Assembly (NCBI GenBank): GCA_030390025.1
Contig: CM059432.1
Location: 124,312,001-124,376,000 of the forward strand
DNA length: 64,000 nt
Direction of reading: 5' to 3'
Origin: Squalus acanthias
Lineage: Eukaryota
Of this stretch, positions 1 through 12,924 are shown piece after piece. Within the stretch, counting starts at the first letter, position 1, and every line of letters starts with the position of its first letter. The notes beneath the pieces were generated by a model. It was not told the origin of the DNA. It searched no databases and saw nothing but the letters and a program-made list of their open reading frames with translations. The translations under genes and the position numbers were made by a program.

Positions 1-54
1 GTCCAAAATGATTTTGACAGTTGTGCTGCAAACACTGACTAGCACTGCACAAAG

Positions 55-270
55 GTGCACGGCTGCACCCAGGCTCTCCCATGACTCCCTCCATATGCTT
101 ATGGAGGGAGTCACAGCACACAGGGAGGTTCTCTTCCCTTCCCATGGGTGGAAGACACCTCCCCAGGACACCAACCCATCCTGGTTGCATATTGCACAGG
201 AGGACACAAGCAGGGATGTCATCAGGAGGACCAGGGTGCAGTGGCGCAAACCTTACAATGATCTCAGTAG
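55..270 (+). pseudogene. Harbinger Myb/SANT (trihelix) partner protein, exon 1 remnant
   Basis: APRLSHDSLHMLMEGV...REVLFP...WLHIAQE...RRTRVQWRKPYNDL, matching the W-x-RT-x-QCRKRFNDL motif at 21220-21319. Confidence 0.75.
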
Positions 271-783
271 ATCACGAAACGTTACTGCAAAGCCACACTC
301 AACCTCTTCCTCCTGTGCCACTCATCACATCCCCATCACTCTGCCTTCCCTATCCTACTCCTGCACATCCTTACTCCCACCAACTTACCTTGCACCTCCA
401 CCCATCCCTCTCTATCTACATTATCACTTCTCCATCTCACTAGCCACCCCTCACACTCATCCTCATCCTAGTCCAATCATACCAACTAACAACACACAAG
501 GGTAGACACTTGAGTGTTTTATGCAATGTTCATGTAAACTTTCTGTTAATCTGTTGTCAAGCATTGAAATCCTTATTATCACCACTTTGCCTTCTTGGAC
601 AGATCTGTGTGCACCTTTGAAAGTGTCTTAGTGAGTTCCAGTGAATGGTGAGACATAAAGTCCACCCCCAACAATGGTGAAGAGTGTGAAAGGAATGGCT
701 TGGACATTGTAGGGATGCTTTATGGTGCTGGTGTGGGGTGGTGCCAACCTGGTTCATCATGTGGCAGCCAGGGTGTTCAGTGT

Positions 784-1000
784 TAAGTGAATAAATCTGG
801 ACATGGTGAGGCCATCGCTAACGTCCCAGGCAGCAATGTGCACAGGTGATGATACCCGGTGTCCAGTGCAGCATCAGTTGATTGCGGAGAAGGTTGGTGT
901 GGATGTTGGTGCTGCTGGTGTGCCCGGTGATGCTGGTGTTGAGGCTGATCGTGTTGGGATTCTGAGGGCCAAGGTGAGATTTTTTTCAAGGGCACCGATG
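784..1000 (-). pseudogene. Harbinger transposase remnant: Q/H-rich N-terminus joined to the extreme C-terminus, DDE core deleted
   Basis: DNA matches both 24330-24450 and 23261-23320 of the full-length copy. Same junction as 43640-43850. Confidence 0.7.
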
Positions 1001-1236
1001 CTGATGGAATAGTTGGCAGGTGAGGTTGAGATGACAGAAGTGATCTGTCAATGTTAAGATAGGTTGTTCCAAGGAGGTGACAGTGGATAGAGAGATTACT
1101 GCAAACACTTCAAAAGTGTATAAAGCTCAAAAGTAGGTTCCAAATCCTGAAGGCTCCAGCTTCTAAGATTGGGAAGTGAACAGCTGTGAAATGGTAGGTT
1201 TTATACCAGTTTTGCAGCTTGCACCTATTCACAGCA

Positions 1237-2160
1237 TGTAAGATTTCCAAAATTTGCAGATCCCCAAAAATATATCGAAAGGGTAAAAATAAAGGACTTT
1301 GGAACTTTAAAGGAAACGTGCCTGGACATGTACGGCTCGTGGATGGTCTGGGAATTCAAAGCCCAGCAAACATTAACATTTGGACAATAGGCCCTGGGGA
1401 AAGGCCGCCCCACCCAAAACACAGAGCCCATAGGAATGCTAGGACCAGCAAGGAACCCAAAGCAGGAGAACAATGCAAGCTTCCATGGAACAACAGCGCA
1501 ACAGGATGTAAGCCATTTGATTTGGTTTAGCATAGTTGAAAGCCCATCAAAATTTTAACAAGACAATGAACAGGCCTCACCTGAAAACTCACTGCATTAT
1601 GAAACCAGTTTTTCGTGAGGAGTTTTGTGGGGCGGTGGGGGGGGGGGGCGAAAAAGGACTATATCTATAGCAGGACCCAAGAGCTCTCTCTTTTGACTCG
1701 CCGACTACACTGGTCCAAGGCTCTCTCGCAGCACTGCCCAGAAGCCACATGGTAAAGGAAGACGTTCGATGACCAGAATCACCATCGACTTATCTGGCTG
1801 GATTTCGTACTGTTAATACCCCTGTCTGGTGAGCATTATCCCTGATCTCCTGAAACCGAAACCTAGCTAGAAGTGGGATTTTTGGGAGGGATAAAGTTTT
1901 TGTTTTTTTCTTGTATACTGTCAATTTTCCTCACCTGTAACCGTGTGTTCCCCAAACCTGTTTAAGTGTGAAGTGTGTTTAAGTTTGTTACCTTTTAATT
2001 TTAATAAAAGTTATAGTTCTTTTATTGGAACCTGTGATCTACTGCATCTTTATTCACAACCCCTAAATAAGTCCAAGTTTTGAACCTGGGGCATGGGAGC
2101 GATTCGAACCGCTCACTGAGTCAGGGGAAAGGCTGACTCCTACCACAACCACACCCTACA
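1237..2160 (+). mobile_element. Solo LTR (924 bp), probably Gypsy-type
   Basis: Begins TGTAAG and ends CCTACA, with 4-bp TSD AGCA (1233-1236 / 2161-2164). AATAAA at 2003-2008. Confidence 0.8.
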
Positions 2161-3940
2161 AGCAATCCACAGTCATTGAGAACCCGACATACTTACCTGA
2201 CGCGATAGCCACTCTCCAGGAACCTCGTTGAAAACCTGGTAAAATGGTAACTACTTGGGAAAATGGTTCTTAACTATCTTTTCATAAGCTTCTAACAATC
2301 TAAGTTGGCTGACCCGTCGCTTGGTGTCGGATCTGTTCAGGGATAACAGACCAGACACTTGGGAAACTGACAAGGAGGTGGGTTTACAGCGGGATACTAA
2401 CCCGCTGTCAATCTTTGTAATTTTGACAGCGGACCCGCCTCCAAACCCGCACTCTGAGCGCCGGCAAAATTCAGCCCAATGCTGCCACACAGTAAAAGGA
2501 CTTTTTGGGACTAAAAATGGGACAGCAAGTGTTGGTGATTGTGGCTGAGATGACAGCATGGCTACAGAATAGCTGTGAATGGACTTAAAAGTGTGATCAT
2601 GTGTTGCTTTCGTCAGAGGTAGGTACTTGGCCAGTAGCAGTGAGAGAAGAACATGAAATGTGATCAGCTTAGTCTGTGTGCTTTACTGGCAAGTTATAAA
2701 ACGTGTGATTGAGGGTCAAAAACCTGGTGGTAAAATCAAGTAACTGTAATAGACTGAACTGAACTCTTAACAAAGAACCAATAACCATGGATTAAAGGTA
2801 GGTGCCTGTTAAGGTTAGCATTAAATAGGGATAATTTATTATTAAAGACCTGTTTAAAATAGCCAGTAGTGTATTTTATTTCTTTGCATGATCTGATTTC
2901 AAGTGTTGTGTGGGCTGTATATGCTGTGGCATGGTTTACTCTAATGTTGGACTACATTGCCCCATGCTACGCTGGTTGTGTTGCAAAAAGACACTTTAGT
3001 CCTTCCTGATTTTTAAATTCTAGTCTGAGTGTAGGAAGTTTTGGTCCCACTTTTAATGAGCTTGGGTTGGTTCAAATTGCACTAAACCTCCAAAACTAAG
3101 ACTGCATTCTCATCCCCGATAAAGACACCTGTCACCAGTGTCATTTAAATTGGAATCATCATATGTCAAAATAGTTTGAATGCAGCAGTCATAATAAGAT
3201 CTAGTTTAATCAGAATCTATTTCCAAGTCGAACTCTGGTACAAGTTCCCAGCAATCTTGGCTGTACTGAGGCAGAATTTTGAGGCGTCACAAATTATTTA
3301 CGGCATCACACTCCACCAATACACAATTTCCATTTGGGATAAGTGATAAACATTAACTTCATTAAAAAAATGAATAATTCCTTATACTTATTCTTCTAGG
3401 AAATAATGATTTGATAAAATAAAACTGTTAGATTTAAAGCAAAAGCAACTCTTTGCTGCTGGCATTTTCTTCAAGTGATATTTCGTGGTTTGACAGGGCT
3501 GACACAGAAATTTCAGTATCTAAAATATGGTAAATTTTTAAAAACCTTTCCACATCATTACCTCGTGCAAATGAATAACTGATCTCCTGCTAGCTGTAAA
3601 TGCAAGCAGCGGTGCAGTGAAGGCTAATAAAATATTTAAAACACACGCTTATCGATTAAGATCAACTTGCAGGTTGACAGCCTGTCACGGTAAATTCAGT
3701 GCCTAAAACATCTAATGATTTGGAAGCAGTCTGAATAAAAATCCCACTGACAGAACTCCTTACTGACAGAATATATTTTTAAGTGCCTTGACCATTCCAT
3801 AACCCAGAAATTCAGTGATTAGGAAATTCTAACTCACAGTCCCAGGGTGTAGAGAATTGCTCTTTTTGGATCTGTATATCCAAGCCTGCCTACCAAATAT
3901 CATTCATTGTGGTACAAGCACAGTATGCAGACAGAGTAAT

Positions 3941-4352
3941 AAGAACCAAAGAATTAGGAGCAGGAATAAGCCATTTGGCCCCTCAAGCCTGCTCCGCCAT
4001 TCAATAAGATCATGGTTGATCTTCGACCTCAACTCCACTTTCCTGCCCGATCTCCATATCCCTTGATTCCCCTAGAGTCCAAAAATCTATCTATCTCAGC
4101 CTTGAATATACTCAGTGACTCAGCATCCATAGCCCTTTGGGTAGAGAATTCCAGAGATTCACAACCTTCTGAGTGAAGAAAGTCCTCATCATCTCAGTCT
4201 TAAGTGGCCGACTCCTCATCCTGAGACTATGCTCCCTAGTTCTAGACTCTCCAGCCAGGGGAAACAATCTCTCAGCATCTACTCTGTTAATCCCCCTCAA
4301 AATCTTACATGTTGCAATGAGATCACCTCTCATTCTTCTAAACTCCAGAGAA
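3941..4352 (-). mobile_element. CR1 LINE 3' fragment
   Basis: Encodes EFRRMRGDLI...FFTQKVVNLWNSLP followed by the CR1 3' UTR. Confidence 0.9.
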
Positions 4353-4537
4353 TGTGATACAAGCCAATGGCTCCAGGTAAAGTGTAGTGATGACAATCCT
4401 GTGCGACCAGCAGTGAAAGAGTGAGAATGAGTTTGAACACTTCCAGTCTAGTCGATCTTTCTAGCAGTCTGATAAGTAGTAAACCAAACCGGGATAAATT
4501 AGGGACTTTACAATGGAAGTGAAGTTTAAAAGTCCTT

Positions 4538-5167
4538 GGGGGGAAAATTCGTTTGCTTTGCACCTCCCGTTAGCGCCCTAATTCAGCGGGAGGTTAGCGG
4601 TGGCGGTAACCGTTAGCGCCCTGCGTGCTGCGCCGCCGGCAATTACATCATCACCGTGCGCAGCGCCCCACTCACGATCTTTGGTAGCGCCCCCTGATTA
4701 ATCACCGGACGCTATGTCCGACGGGGTCAGGGGAGCCTACCTGCGGCCGGGGCGGCACTAGTTAAAGGGGAGGTGGCGGGCGGCCATTTTTGTTGCTGGC
4801 CGCCTGCCAGCACCTGCCCCCGTTGCTGTCCCCGGCCCCCGTGAAGCCCCCGGGGTGCCGGTTGCTCTCCATGAGCCTGGCACTCCTCTTGAGTGCCGGG
4901 CTCGTTTGCCTGCACTCCCGATCCCTGGTGGCCCAGCTGGGCGCCGGGACGCGCTGCGCCAGGCCCCTCCCCTTTAATAAGGGGAGGAAGGCCTGCAGTA
5001 CCGCGGCGCGACATGCCGCAGCGCCACGCCTCAAAAGGGACGCGGGCGCTTCCAGTAGTGCCCCTCCTCCCTCTCGGGGCGCTACCTGGGAAAAGCGGCC
5101 ACAGGGGTGCTTTAGCGCCCTGGCGAAGTTAGCGCCCCAAAGGGGGCGCGACTCAATTATTCTCCCC
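4538..5167. mobile_element. Harbinger-type MITE, TAGCGCC-rich family
   Basis: Termini GGGGGGAAAATT / AATTATTCTCCCC. Homologous to 48820, 53045 and 54058 copies. Confidence 0.8.
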
Positions 5168-5480
5168 TTTACTTTAGATTTAAAATAAATCATTAAATAA
5201 GTCATGCAATGCTAAACCCACAGGGAAAAAACCTCCCAGATAATTTCTGCTCTCCCTTTCCTCAGTTTTAGCCACCTATCAATTAATTTCCTTCCTCAAC
5301 TAGTGAAGCAGGTTTGGGACATGAGCATCTCCCACAACACACTACTTCACGCTGTAGTAGAATGGTGCCAGTCTTGTCGGCTTTTCTCCCCTCCGAGATG
5401 GAGTACTTTCAAATCATAAAATGCTCCATCTAGTCACCCAGCCAGTGAGAAAAAGAGAGTTCCTGGGATAACTACGGAAT

Positions 5481-5923
5481 CTGAACGTGGCTGAATTGGC
5501 AGCATTCTCACCTGCGAGTCACAAGGTTGCGGGTTCAAACCCCATTCCAAGACTTCAGCACATAATCTAGGCTGACACTTCAGCGCAGTGCTGAGAGAAT
5601 AGTGCATTGTTAGAAGTGCTGCCTTTCAGATGAGATGATAAACTGGCACCCTGACAGTTCAAGTAGACATGAAAAATCCCATGGCAGCATTCGAAGAAAA
5701 GCAGGGAGGTGTGTTCGCCAACATTCCTTCCAATAACACTGCCACTAAAACCAAATTAACTGGCCATTCATCTCATTTGCTGCTGCTTGTAGGAGCACTG
5801 TGGGGCTATGTATTTGCTGACATAACAACACTTGACTACACTTCAAAAGTGATTTATTGGCTATTAAGTGCTTTGGGACATCCCAACGACATGAAAGGTG
5901 CTATGTTATTGCAGATTCTTTCT
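5481..5923 (+). mobile_element. tRNA-derived Deu-domain SINE (SacSINE1-like), diverged
   Basis: tRNA-like head with GGTTCAAACCC B-box. Body homologous to 19508 and 25424 copies. Confidence 0.85.
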
Positions 5924-6648
5924 AACCAAGTTGGAAATTTGAACCTCTGATTTGGAGTCCCATATTTATGGCTATCAGGCCACTTCAGTTCATGGGGTAC
6001 CCTGAAATTCCATGATTCAATTTTATTCCATCGGTGATAATACAAACATGGGATTTTCTTTCCAATGTTATAGCAACTTCATCATGACATTCTGGGCATG
6101 ATTCCATTTCTGGTTCTACTTTGGCATAACCTTGGCATTAGCTGTTGCATGATTTCATTTATATTAGAAAGGAGTGCTCATGTTTTGTTGTGCTATGGTA
6201 CAGAATGTTGCAAGTACCCTATATCTAATTTTAACAAGTGAGGTTGTAGTATTCTTGTCCTTTGCAGTTATTAGGTAGCTAGAAAAGTTTTGCCACTGTT
6301 TAGTTGACAGCACAATAAAAGTCCTCCAGTATGACATTGAAAAGCATAGACCAGCTCCTGACAGACAGTAATGAAATGTAACGTGTCCATGGGGGACAGC
6401 TCCATGCTGAGCCCTCTCCACAATGTTATCATTTCATCCACAGAAATAAACCACATGTGTACAAGGCTGTGGAGTAGCTGTTTATTAAACAAATTCTGCA
6501 AAGCTAACAGCAGAAATTTTAAAGAGGCACTCATTTCATGAAAGATTGTTTAACAGATCTGTTTCTGTGTGGAGGAAAGCAGGAAGAAGAGCCAGAGGAA
6601 TCCTGGGTCACTGCCCCCCAGGAGAACATCGAAAGCAACTGACACAAT

Positions 6649-6890
6649 GGGGGTCATTTTAACCCCCAAACATGGGTGGGTTTGGGTCGGGTGGGGAGTT
6701 AAAAAAAATTTAAATGTCAAACCAGAACCGACCCCGCCATGAAACCGCCCACTTGCGGTTTTAATGGAGGCGGTACGGGGGCGCAGGCAGCCAATCCGTT
6801 TGGGGAAACCCGTTCTTCCGGGTTTCCGGTCCATAACTCTTCCCGCTCCACATCCCACCCCCCTTCAACCCCACCCCCCGCCCGCTCCGA
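6649..6890. mobile_element. Harbinger-type MITE left-end fragment
   Basis: GGGGGTCATTTTAACCCCCAAA terminus shared with 27174 and 41893. Confidence 0.6.
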
Positions 6891-8065
6891 ACACGTGTCC
6901 CAGTAAATATCAGAGCCAATGACAGTTTGTGTGTTTGCATGCAAACGGGACCAAGTTTTCCAAATACTTTTCAATGAAGGCAGGTCAGGCCCAATTTCCT
7001 CACGGGTTATGTTGGGGAGAAACATTGCATGAGGAGCTGTTCAGCCAGCTCCCCACCCCCTTCCAACAATAATTCAGGCATCGTATAGCATATTTCCTGT
7101 CATTTCTGCCTTAGCCATGCTGGATGCCAGGGACATCTGTGCATCCCTGACATCCACTGGTGCTAATGGTCTCGGGGGCAGGGTGTTAAAGTTTACATTA
7201 CCAGCTTTCCAATAATACAATCAATCACAGAGCCATTTCCATCCTCCCAATCGGCAGACGGCACCCAGCAGAGCCAGGGACGCAGTCAGGGGGCAGATCT
7301 GCTGCCATTGTGACAGATAGGAAATCTGGAACCGTCCCTCTTTAAAAATCAAACACAAGAGCTGAGTGTCTACGTTGTCGGTAATTATCCCTACACTAAC
7401 ACACTGCTGTGAGGTAAAGAAAAAGAAATATATTGAAAACATTTCTAGGGAAATATCATAGTGAGTTGCCAATCCTGCCATTTGATTCATGAAATCAGAT
7501 CATCTGTCACTTAAAGTAGGATGGGCCACAGTCATGGAGAACTAACATTTGATAAGCAACGAGAATGATATTCAATGAAAACATAAAGATAGAGCAAACA
7601 AATTGAACACAACAAATAATTATTTCTATTTGAATTATCCTTTAGGTTTAGATTCAAGTGTGCTTGAAGGTGCGCTTGAGGACTTCATGTATGTTTGTTT
7701 CCCTTTCAAAGCGTCATTCTCATGTGTCTCAATTCACTTATTATGAAAGTAAGTAAGTGAATTACACCACAGCAAAAATACATTAAAATCAATAAATATT
7801 TAGCGATATATGAAATGTTAAATATATTCCTAGAATCAGGTCATTAGTGCTTGTACTCTTCATTCTTGCTTTAGTTTTACATTTTGAATGATGGTTTCTG
7901 CTCATCTAGGTTAAGAGATTCCAAGAGTAGAAAATGGCACACTTTTCAAGCTATACTAGTATCCATTCACTAATTTTAGCAAGAGAATAAACTTGAATAT
8001 AAAGTGGAGAACACCAAGTGATGGTTTGCTAAGCATTTAAATCTCATAGAAGGGAGAGCGTTTAT

Positions 8066-8182
8066 AAGAACATGAGAACTAGGAGCAGGAGTAGGCCATA
8101 TGGCCCCTCGAGTCTGCTCTGCCAGCCAGTAAGATCATGGCTGATCTTCAACCTCAACTCCACTTTCCTGCACTATTCCCAA
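8066..8182 (-). mobile_element. CR1 3' tail fragment
   Basis: Matches 3941-4060. Confidence 0.8.
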
Positions 8183-9409
8183 GGTTTCAGGTGATAAAAC
8201 TGATAGAGAGTTCCTCAAGAAAGAGTAGTGGAGTGCAAAGGTTTTCCATTGATGTTCCTTTAATAAAGGTATCGTAGCTAGCGTGTCACTCCGTAAACAT
8301 GGAGGTTTGCCTTCAATCGTTCAACTCCTGTGGTGCTGCTGACATGATCTCGTTGAGGATAGATAGCTCAGTTATATCTCATTTATGTTTGCAGAGGCTA
8401 AATTGGCACAGAATAGTCCACCCTTATCAGATCCCTTGGTACTTGAGCTGTTTTAAGAAGTAAGAAATGATTTTTTTCTCTGCTGCCCGATAAACAGAGC
8501 AACATTAATCCCTCACTGGGAAGGTACAGCCTTTGTAGAACACTAAAGTTTGTTCAGGTAAAAGCAAGCTTTCTTTGGCATTCCCACTCAAGCATTTCCA
8601 GACACTTGTGTTATTTGTGTGCTTGAATTTCGATTTCATGATTACCAAGAAGTTGAATGCTTGTAACCCCAGAGAGATCAGAGCCCATATATAGATTTCA
8701 GATAGGTGGACAGCCTCACAGTTGCAGCCTTTTAATAAGGCTGACAAATAGCGTTGAATTAGTTTTGTGTTGTTGACTTGTACATCCCATATTGAGACTT
8801 TTGAGACTTATTTCACTTCGGAGTCTTACAGCCAGCTGAAAGAGGAGAAAATACTTGAGCCTAGGTCTTGAGCAGGGCTACTACCACTGCACTACAAGAG
8901 CCTGCGAGGGACCTTAAAGGAGCAGAAGCACCTCAAAGGTCACAATTGCAGTCTTACTGAAGGCTTACATTGAGAATTTGGAGACCACTACAAGGCCCTC
9001 TTGCACCATGGTGGGACACCAAGGCATTTACAGATGCTTCCTAGAGCCTACCACCACCATAGCCATGGCAGCCCCCGGAAGGGCCAGTAAGTGGTGAAGA
9101 TGGCACCAAGGGCCCGACGGAGGGTAACTGTAGAGAAATCCTGATCAAAACGGTGAGGCGGATCACCACTTTCCTCATTCTCCATTGCAATTCTTCCCAG
9201 TTTCAGCTGAGATTGTGGAGCGGAATCCCAGCCACTATCTTAGATTCCTCTACAAAATCATCGGTCAGCCGCATCCTTTCAAGGCTGCAATGCCTAAGTT
9301 TCTTCAGTCTTACTTCATAAATCTGGGTATTGACAGGGCTCCTTTGTGCCTTAGTAACCAGAGCTCAACGCAGTAGTCAAGGTGTGTTCCGATTAGAGCA
9401 CTAGATTTA

Positions 9410-10040
9410 GAGTGCTAAATGAGTACTTCGCATCTGTTTTCACTAAAGAAGAGGATGCTGCCAATGTAGCAGTAAAGGAGGAGGTAGTAGAGAAACTGGA
9501 TAGGATAAGAATAGATAAGCAAGAGTTACTTAAAAGGTTGGCAGTGCTCAAAGTAGAAAAGTCACCCAGTCCGGATGGGATGCATCCTAGGTTGCTGAGA
9601 GAAGGGTGGAAATTGCGGAGGCTCTGGCCACAATCTTGCAATCCTCCTTAGATATGGGAGTGGTGCCAGAGGACTGGAGGATTGCAAATGTTACACCCCT
9701 GTTCAAAAAAGGGGAGAGGGATAAACCCAGAAATTACAAGCCAGTCAGCCTAACGTCAGTGGTGGGGGAACTTTTAGAGACATTAATCCGGGGCAAAATT
9801 AATTGGCACTTGGAAAAATATGGGTTAATAACTGAAAGCCAGCATGGATTTGTTGACGGCAAATCATGTTTGACTAACTTGATTTGAGTTCTTTGATAAG
9901 TAACGGAGAAAGTGAATGAAGGTAGCGCGATTGATGTTGTGTATATGAACTTTCAATAAAAGCAAATTCCACATTCCAACCACTCTCTGGGTGAAGAGGT
10001 TTCTCCTGAATTCCCTATTGGATTTATTAGTGACTCTATA
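9410..10040 (+). mobile_element. CR1 ORF2 RT fragment followed by a short inverted piece (about 9965-10040)
   Basis: LNEYFASVFT...KSPSPDGMHPRLLRE...PEDWRIANVTPLFKKG...SQHGF...SCLTNL. Confidence 0.9.
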
Positions 10041-10109
10041 TGAAATCATTAAAACCATAATGGTAGGCTTTCTTAATGACTCAGCATGCAAATACATCGT
10101 GTATTGTTA

Positions 10110-10430
10110 TATAGAGCCATAAAAGTTCCAGGTTTATTCTCTATATCTGTGCTGATTTTGTTGCTCTCAGCTTTGGGCTGCAACGATTAGTCTCAGTGTC
10201 CCCAGGTTGGAGACAAGAGAAAAGAAAACTATCAGCCAGGCTTCTGTTCCTAATTATTGTTCCAAGACACTGCTGGAAAATGCATATTGTATAGATGTGA
10301 AGGGAGAACAGCGTTAACCTTGTTTGTGAAATTCCCCATGGTCAGATAGCCTGCTGACGTTCATTGTCTAGGACCACACATACAGAATGAACATTTGGAT
10401 AAGGTATGAGAGAGTTACTGGCACCCAGAA
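10110..10430 (+). mobile_element. LF-SINE-like element (old)
   Basis: Recognised motifs CTGTGCTGA...TCAGCCAGG...CTGCTGGAAA...ATAGCCTGCTGAC...TGTCTAGG. Similar to 28950-29735 and 47090-47400. Confidence 0.65.
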
Positions 10431-10484
10431 AAAAACTTGTCAGCTTAGGGGAGAAATGCTGAAGTGGTAACTGGGTTGTGATTT

Positions 10485-10788
10485 CACAGAATCCCCACAG
10501 TGCAGATAGAGGCCATTTCGGCCCATCGAGCCTGCACCGACACATATCCCACCCTATCCCCGTCACCCCACGTATTTAATCCCCCTAACACTAAGGGTCA
10601 ATTTATCATAGCCAAATCAACCTAACCCGCACATCTTTGGACTGTGGGAGGAAACCGGAGCATCCGGAGGAAACCCACGCAGACACGGGGAGAATGTGCA
10701 AACTCCACACAGACAGTCACCCGAGGCCGGACTCGAACCCGGGTCCCTGGCGCTGTGAGGTAACAGTCCGAACCACTATGCCACCGTG
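10485..10788 (-). mobile_element. HE1 / V-SINE (tRNA head, V domain, CR1-type tail)
   Basis: Minus strand reads CACGGTGGCATAGTGG...GGGTTCGAGTCC...GTGTGGAGTTTGCACATTCTCCCCGTGTCTGCGTGGGTTTCCTCCGG...GGGCCGAAATGGCC. Confidence 0.9.
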
Positions 10789-12924
10789 TTTCTGATATGA
10801 AAAATAACCAAAATCAGCTGTGCCATAATGGGAAAATGTCACTCATTGTTCAGGAAGGGGATGGGGATTCAGAAGGATCAATGCTCTCACTTACCTCATA
10901 CATGATAACAGTGAATGTTACACATTAAGTCAGCATTTTGGGGGCTGGATCAGCACATGCTGATAAAATTCAATATGAACCGGGGCATCTTTGCTCTTTT
11001 TCTCTGCCGTTCCTCTCTTTACCTCTCATACCCGAGTCTCCATTACCCATTGGCTTCCCTGCTCCTACCAAACTTTGGCTGCTAATAGACTGTCTCGTCA
11101 ACATTGCTAATGGCAGTCGTCCCTGCTGCAATAATCTGTAGGCAGGAATTCTCTTGAGAACAGAAGTTCCAGCCTACAATATACAGTGGTCAGCGTCAGT
11201 GTCTTTAGTGCTATGAGTAGCGCTGAGGAGAGAGAGGGGGCCTGCTCTGGTCCATTACTAGTCGGATTCAATTGGAGTGGGGCTGGGGGGGCAGATGTCA
11301 ATGAGGGTTGTAATGCATGGCATTGAAGGGGCAATGGGTGGAAATGAAGGAGAGAGCAGGGAGCAATGAAGGTGAGAGGAAAATACATGAGAATGAAGGG
11401 GGCAAGGGAATGAGAAAATGAAGAGGGCAGAGAAAGGGGAGAAGCACCTTGAACTGAGAGAAGAAGAATGCCAGACTGAATAGGGGGTGATGATGGAATA
11501 CCGGTTTGAACAGGGTTGAAGGGGAAAGAGCGCCTGGTTGAATTAAGGAGAGAGGGAGAAGAGTTCCAATGTGAACTATAAGATTTGGAAGAGCAGAGGG
11601 TGTCTCTGTGAAAGGGTGGGGAATTGAACGGGGTATAAGTGCCTCTGTGAACTAGGGTAATGGGTTTTTTTGTGGAAATATGACTGGAAGTACTTTAGGG
11701 GAAGTGATGCTCTGGATGGTCAGTTGTAAATCCAAAGGTTACTTTTGCTTTTCATCTTTTAGATTAAAACTACTAATTGTGAAATATAGAAGTGCTCAAA
11801 ATTGATCAGAATGCTTCATTTTTAATGTAAAAATTCGAAAATTTCCTGGGAAAACAGGCCCCTGACTTAACCACCTCCCCCTCCCCCCACCCCACAAGAA
11901 CTCCACCACCAATTTTGTGCCTTCAACATTTGGAGTCCCCCTTCAGGCTTTCATGTACTTTAGGTTTTCTTTTCCTCTAATATAATGAAGGAACATTTTA
12001 ATATTGTCTGGACCTGCAGCTTCAGTTACAAAACCCATGTAATTACTTGTTTTCATATGTCAAAGGTTTATAATTAGGACCATCAGTTATTTTGAAGCAT
12101 GCGGTCAGTTTTTGCTAGTTTTCCAGGTTAGCATGTAGAATCATAGGACCATTGCCAGGACCTATGAACCGATTGCTTGACCAGGGGTGGACTGTGTCTC
12201 CTGGGGAGACCAAACAAGGAGAAAAAAAGACAATTAATACCAAATCAACTTTAAAGGAGCATTTTCATAGCGGTTGAAGGATGAATAATTCCAAACCCTC
12301 TCGGTCCCATTAGGGGGCAAGTGTGAAAAGCATTTTGGACCGTATAATATATGAGACAAGGACTCGCTTTATTGCCTGTAGGGAGATTATAGTGATTTAA
12401 ATTGGAGAACAAAAATGAATAGCCAAAGAAATGTTAATAGTCATTGGTTTACACATGAATGCAAACGCTGGCAGTTTTCTCACAGAATTTGAAAGGGAAA
12501 ATATTTTGTGGCACATTCATTTAAATAATTCATTCCACTTGCATTGATCAGCCAGTAATTAATGTTATCCATACACAACGTTCTAGAGTCAGCAACAAGA
12601 GTCGACAGGGTGTTTAGCAGGCAATTTTCTGCCCAGTTATTATTGATCAGCTACTACCTTTCCCATGTCTGAGAAAAGGGTCATGGCACAATCAGCATTT
12701 AACCAGCACCGTTTTATGTGGAGCTGTCATCAAGAACACACCGACTAATACAGTCTACTGAATTGGCTTTCAAAGGTGGCGTAATCGCTCTGTTCCCAAT
12801 TATTCATTCACAGTTTTGAGCCACTCACATCCTGGCTTGGATAATTTGGAGTTATGGGAAGAAAATGGAGAACTGTACTTGATACCAGAATTTAAAAAAA
12901 ATCTTTTAAATGGGTTGCGTGAGC

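Larger units (their letters stand above)
1..2477. mobile_element. PIF/Harbinger deletion derivative (left end outside window) containing a solo LTR
   Basis: Myb/SANT exon on +, fused transposase N/C termini on -, and right terminus GGCAAAATTCAGCCC ending at 2477. Homologous to 20883-25024 and 42230-44399. Confidence 0.8.

Noticed and set aside
2189..2199. ATACTTACCTG equals the U1 snRNA 5' end
   Set aside because: Similarity stops after 11 nt. It is the complement of a consensus splice donor, not a U1 gene.
11300..11660. Purine-rich tract with loose TGAACT-like repeats
   Set aside because: Too degenerate to define a unit or family.
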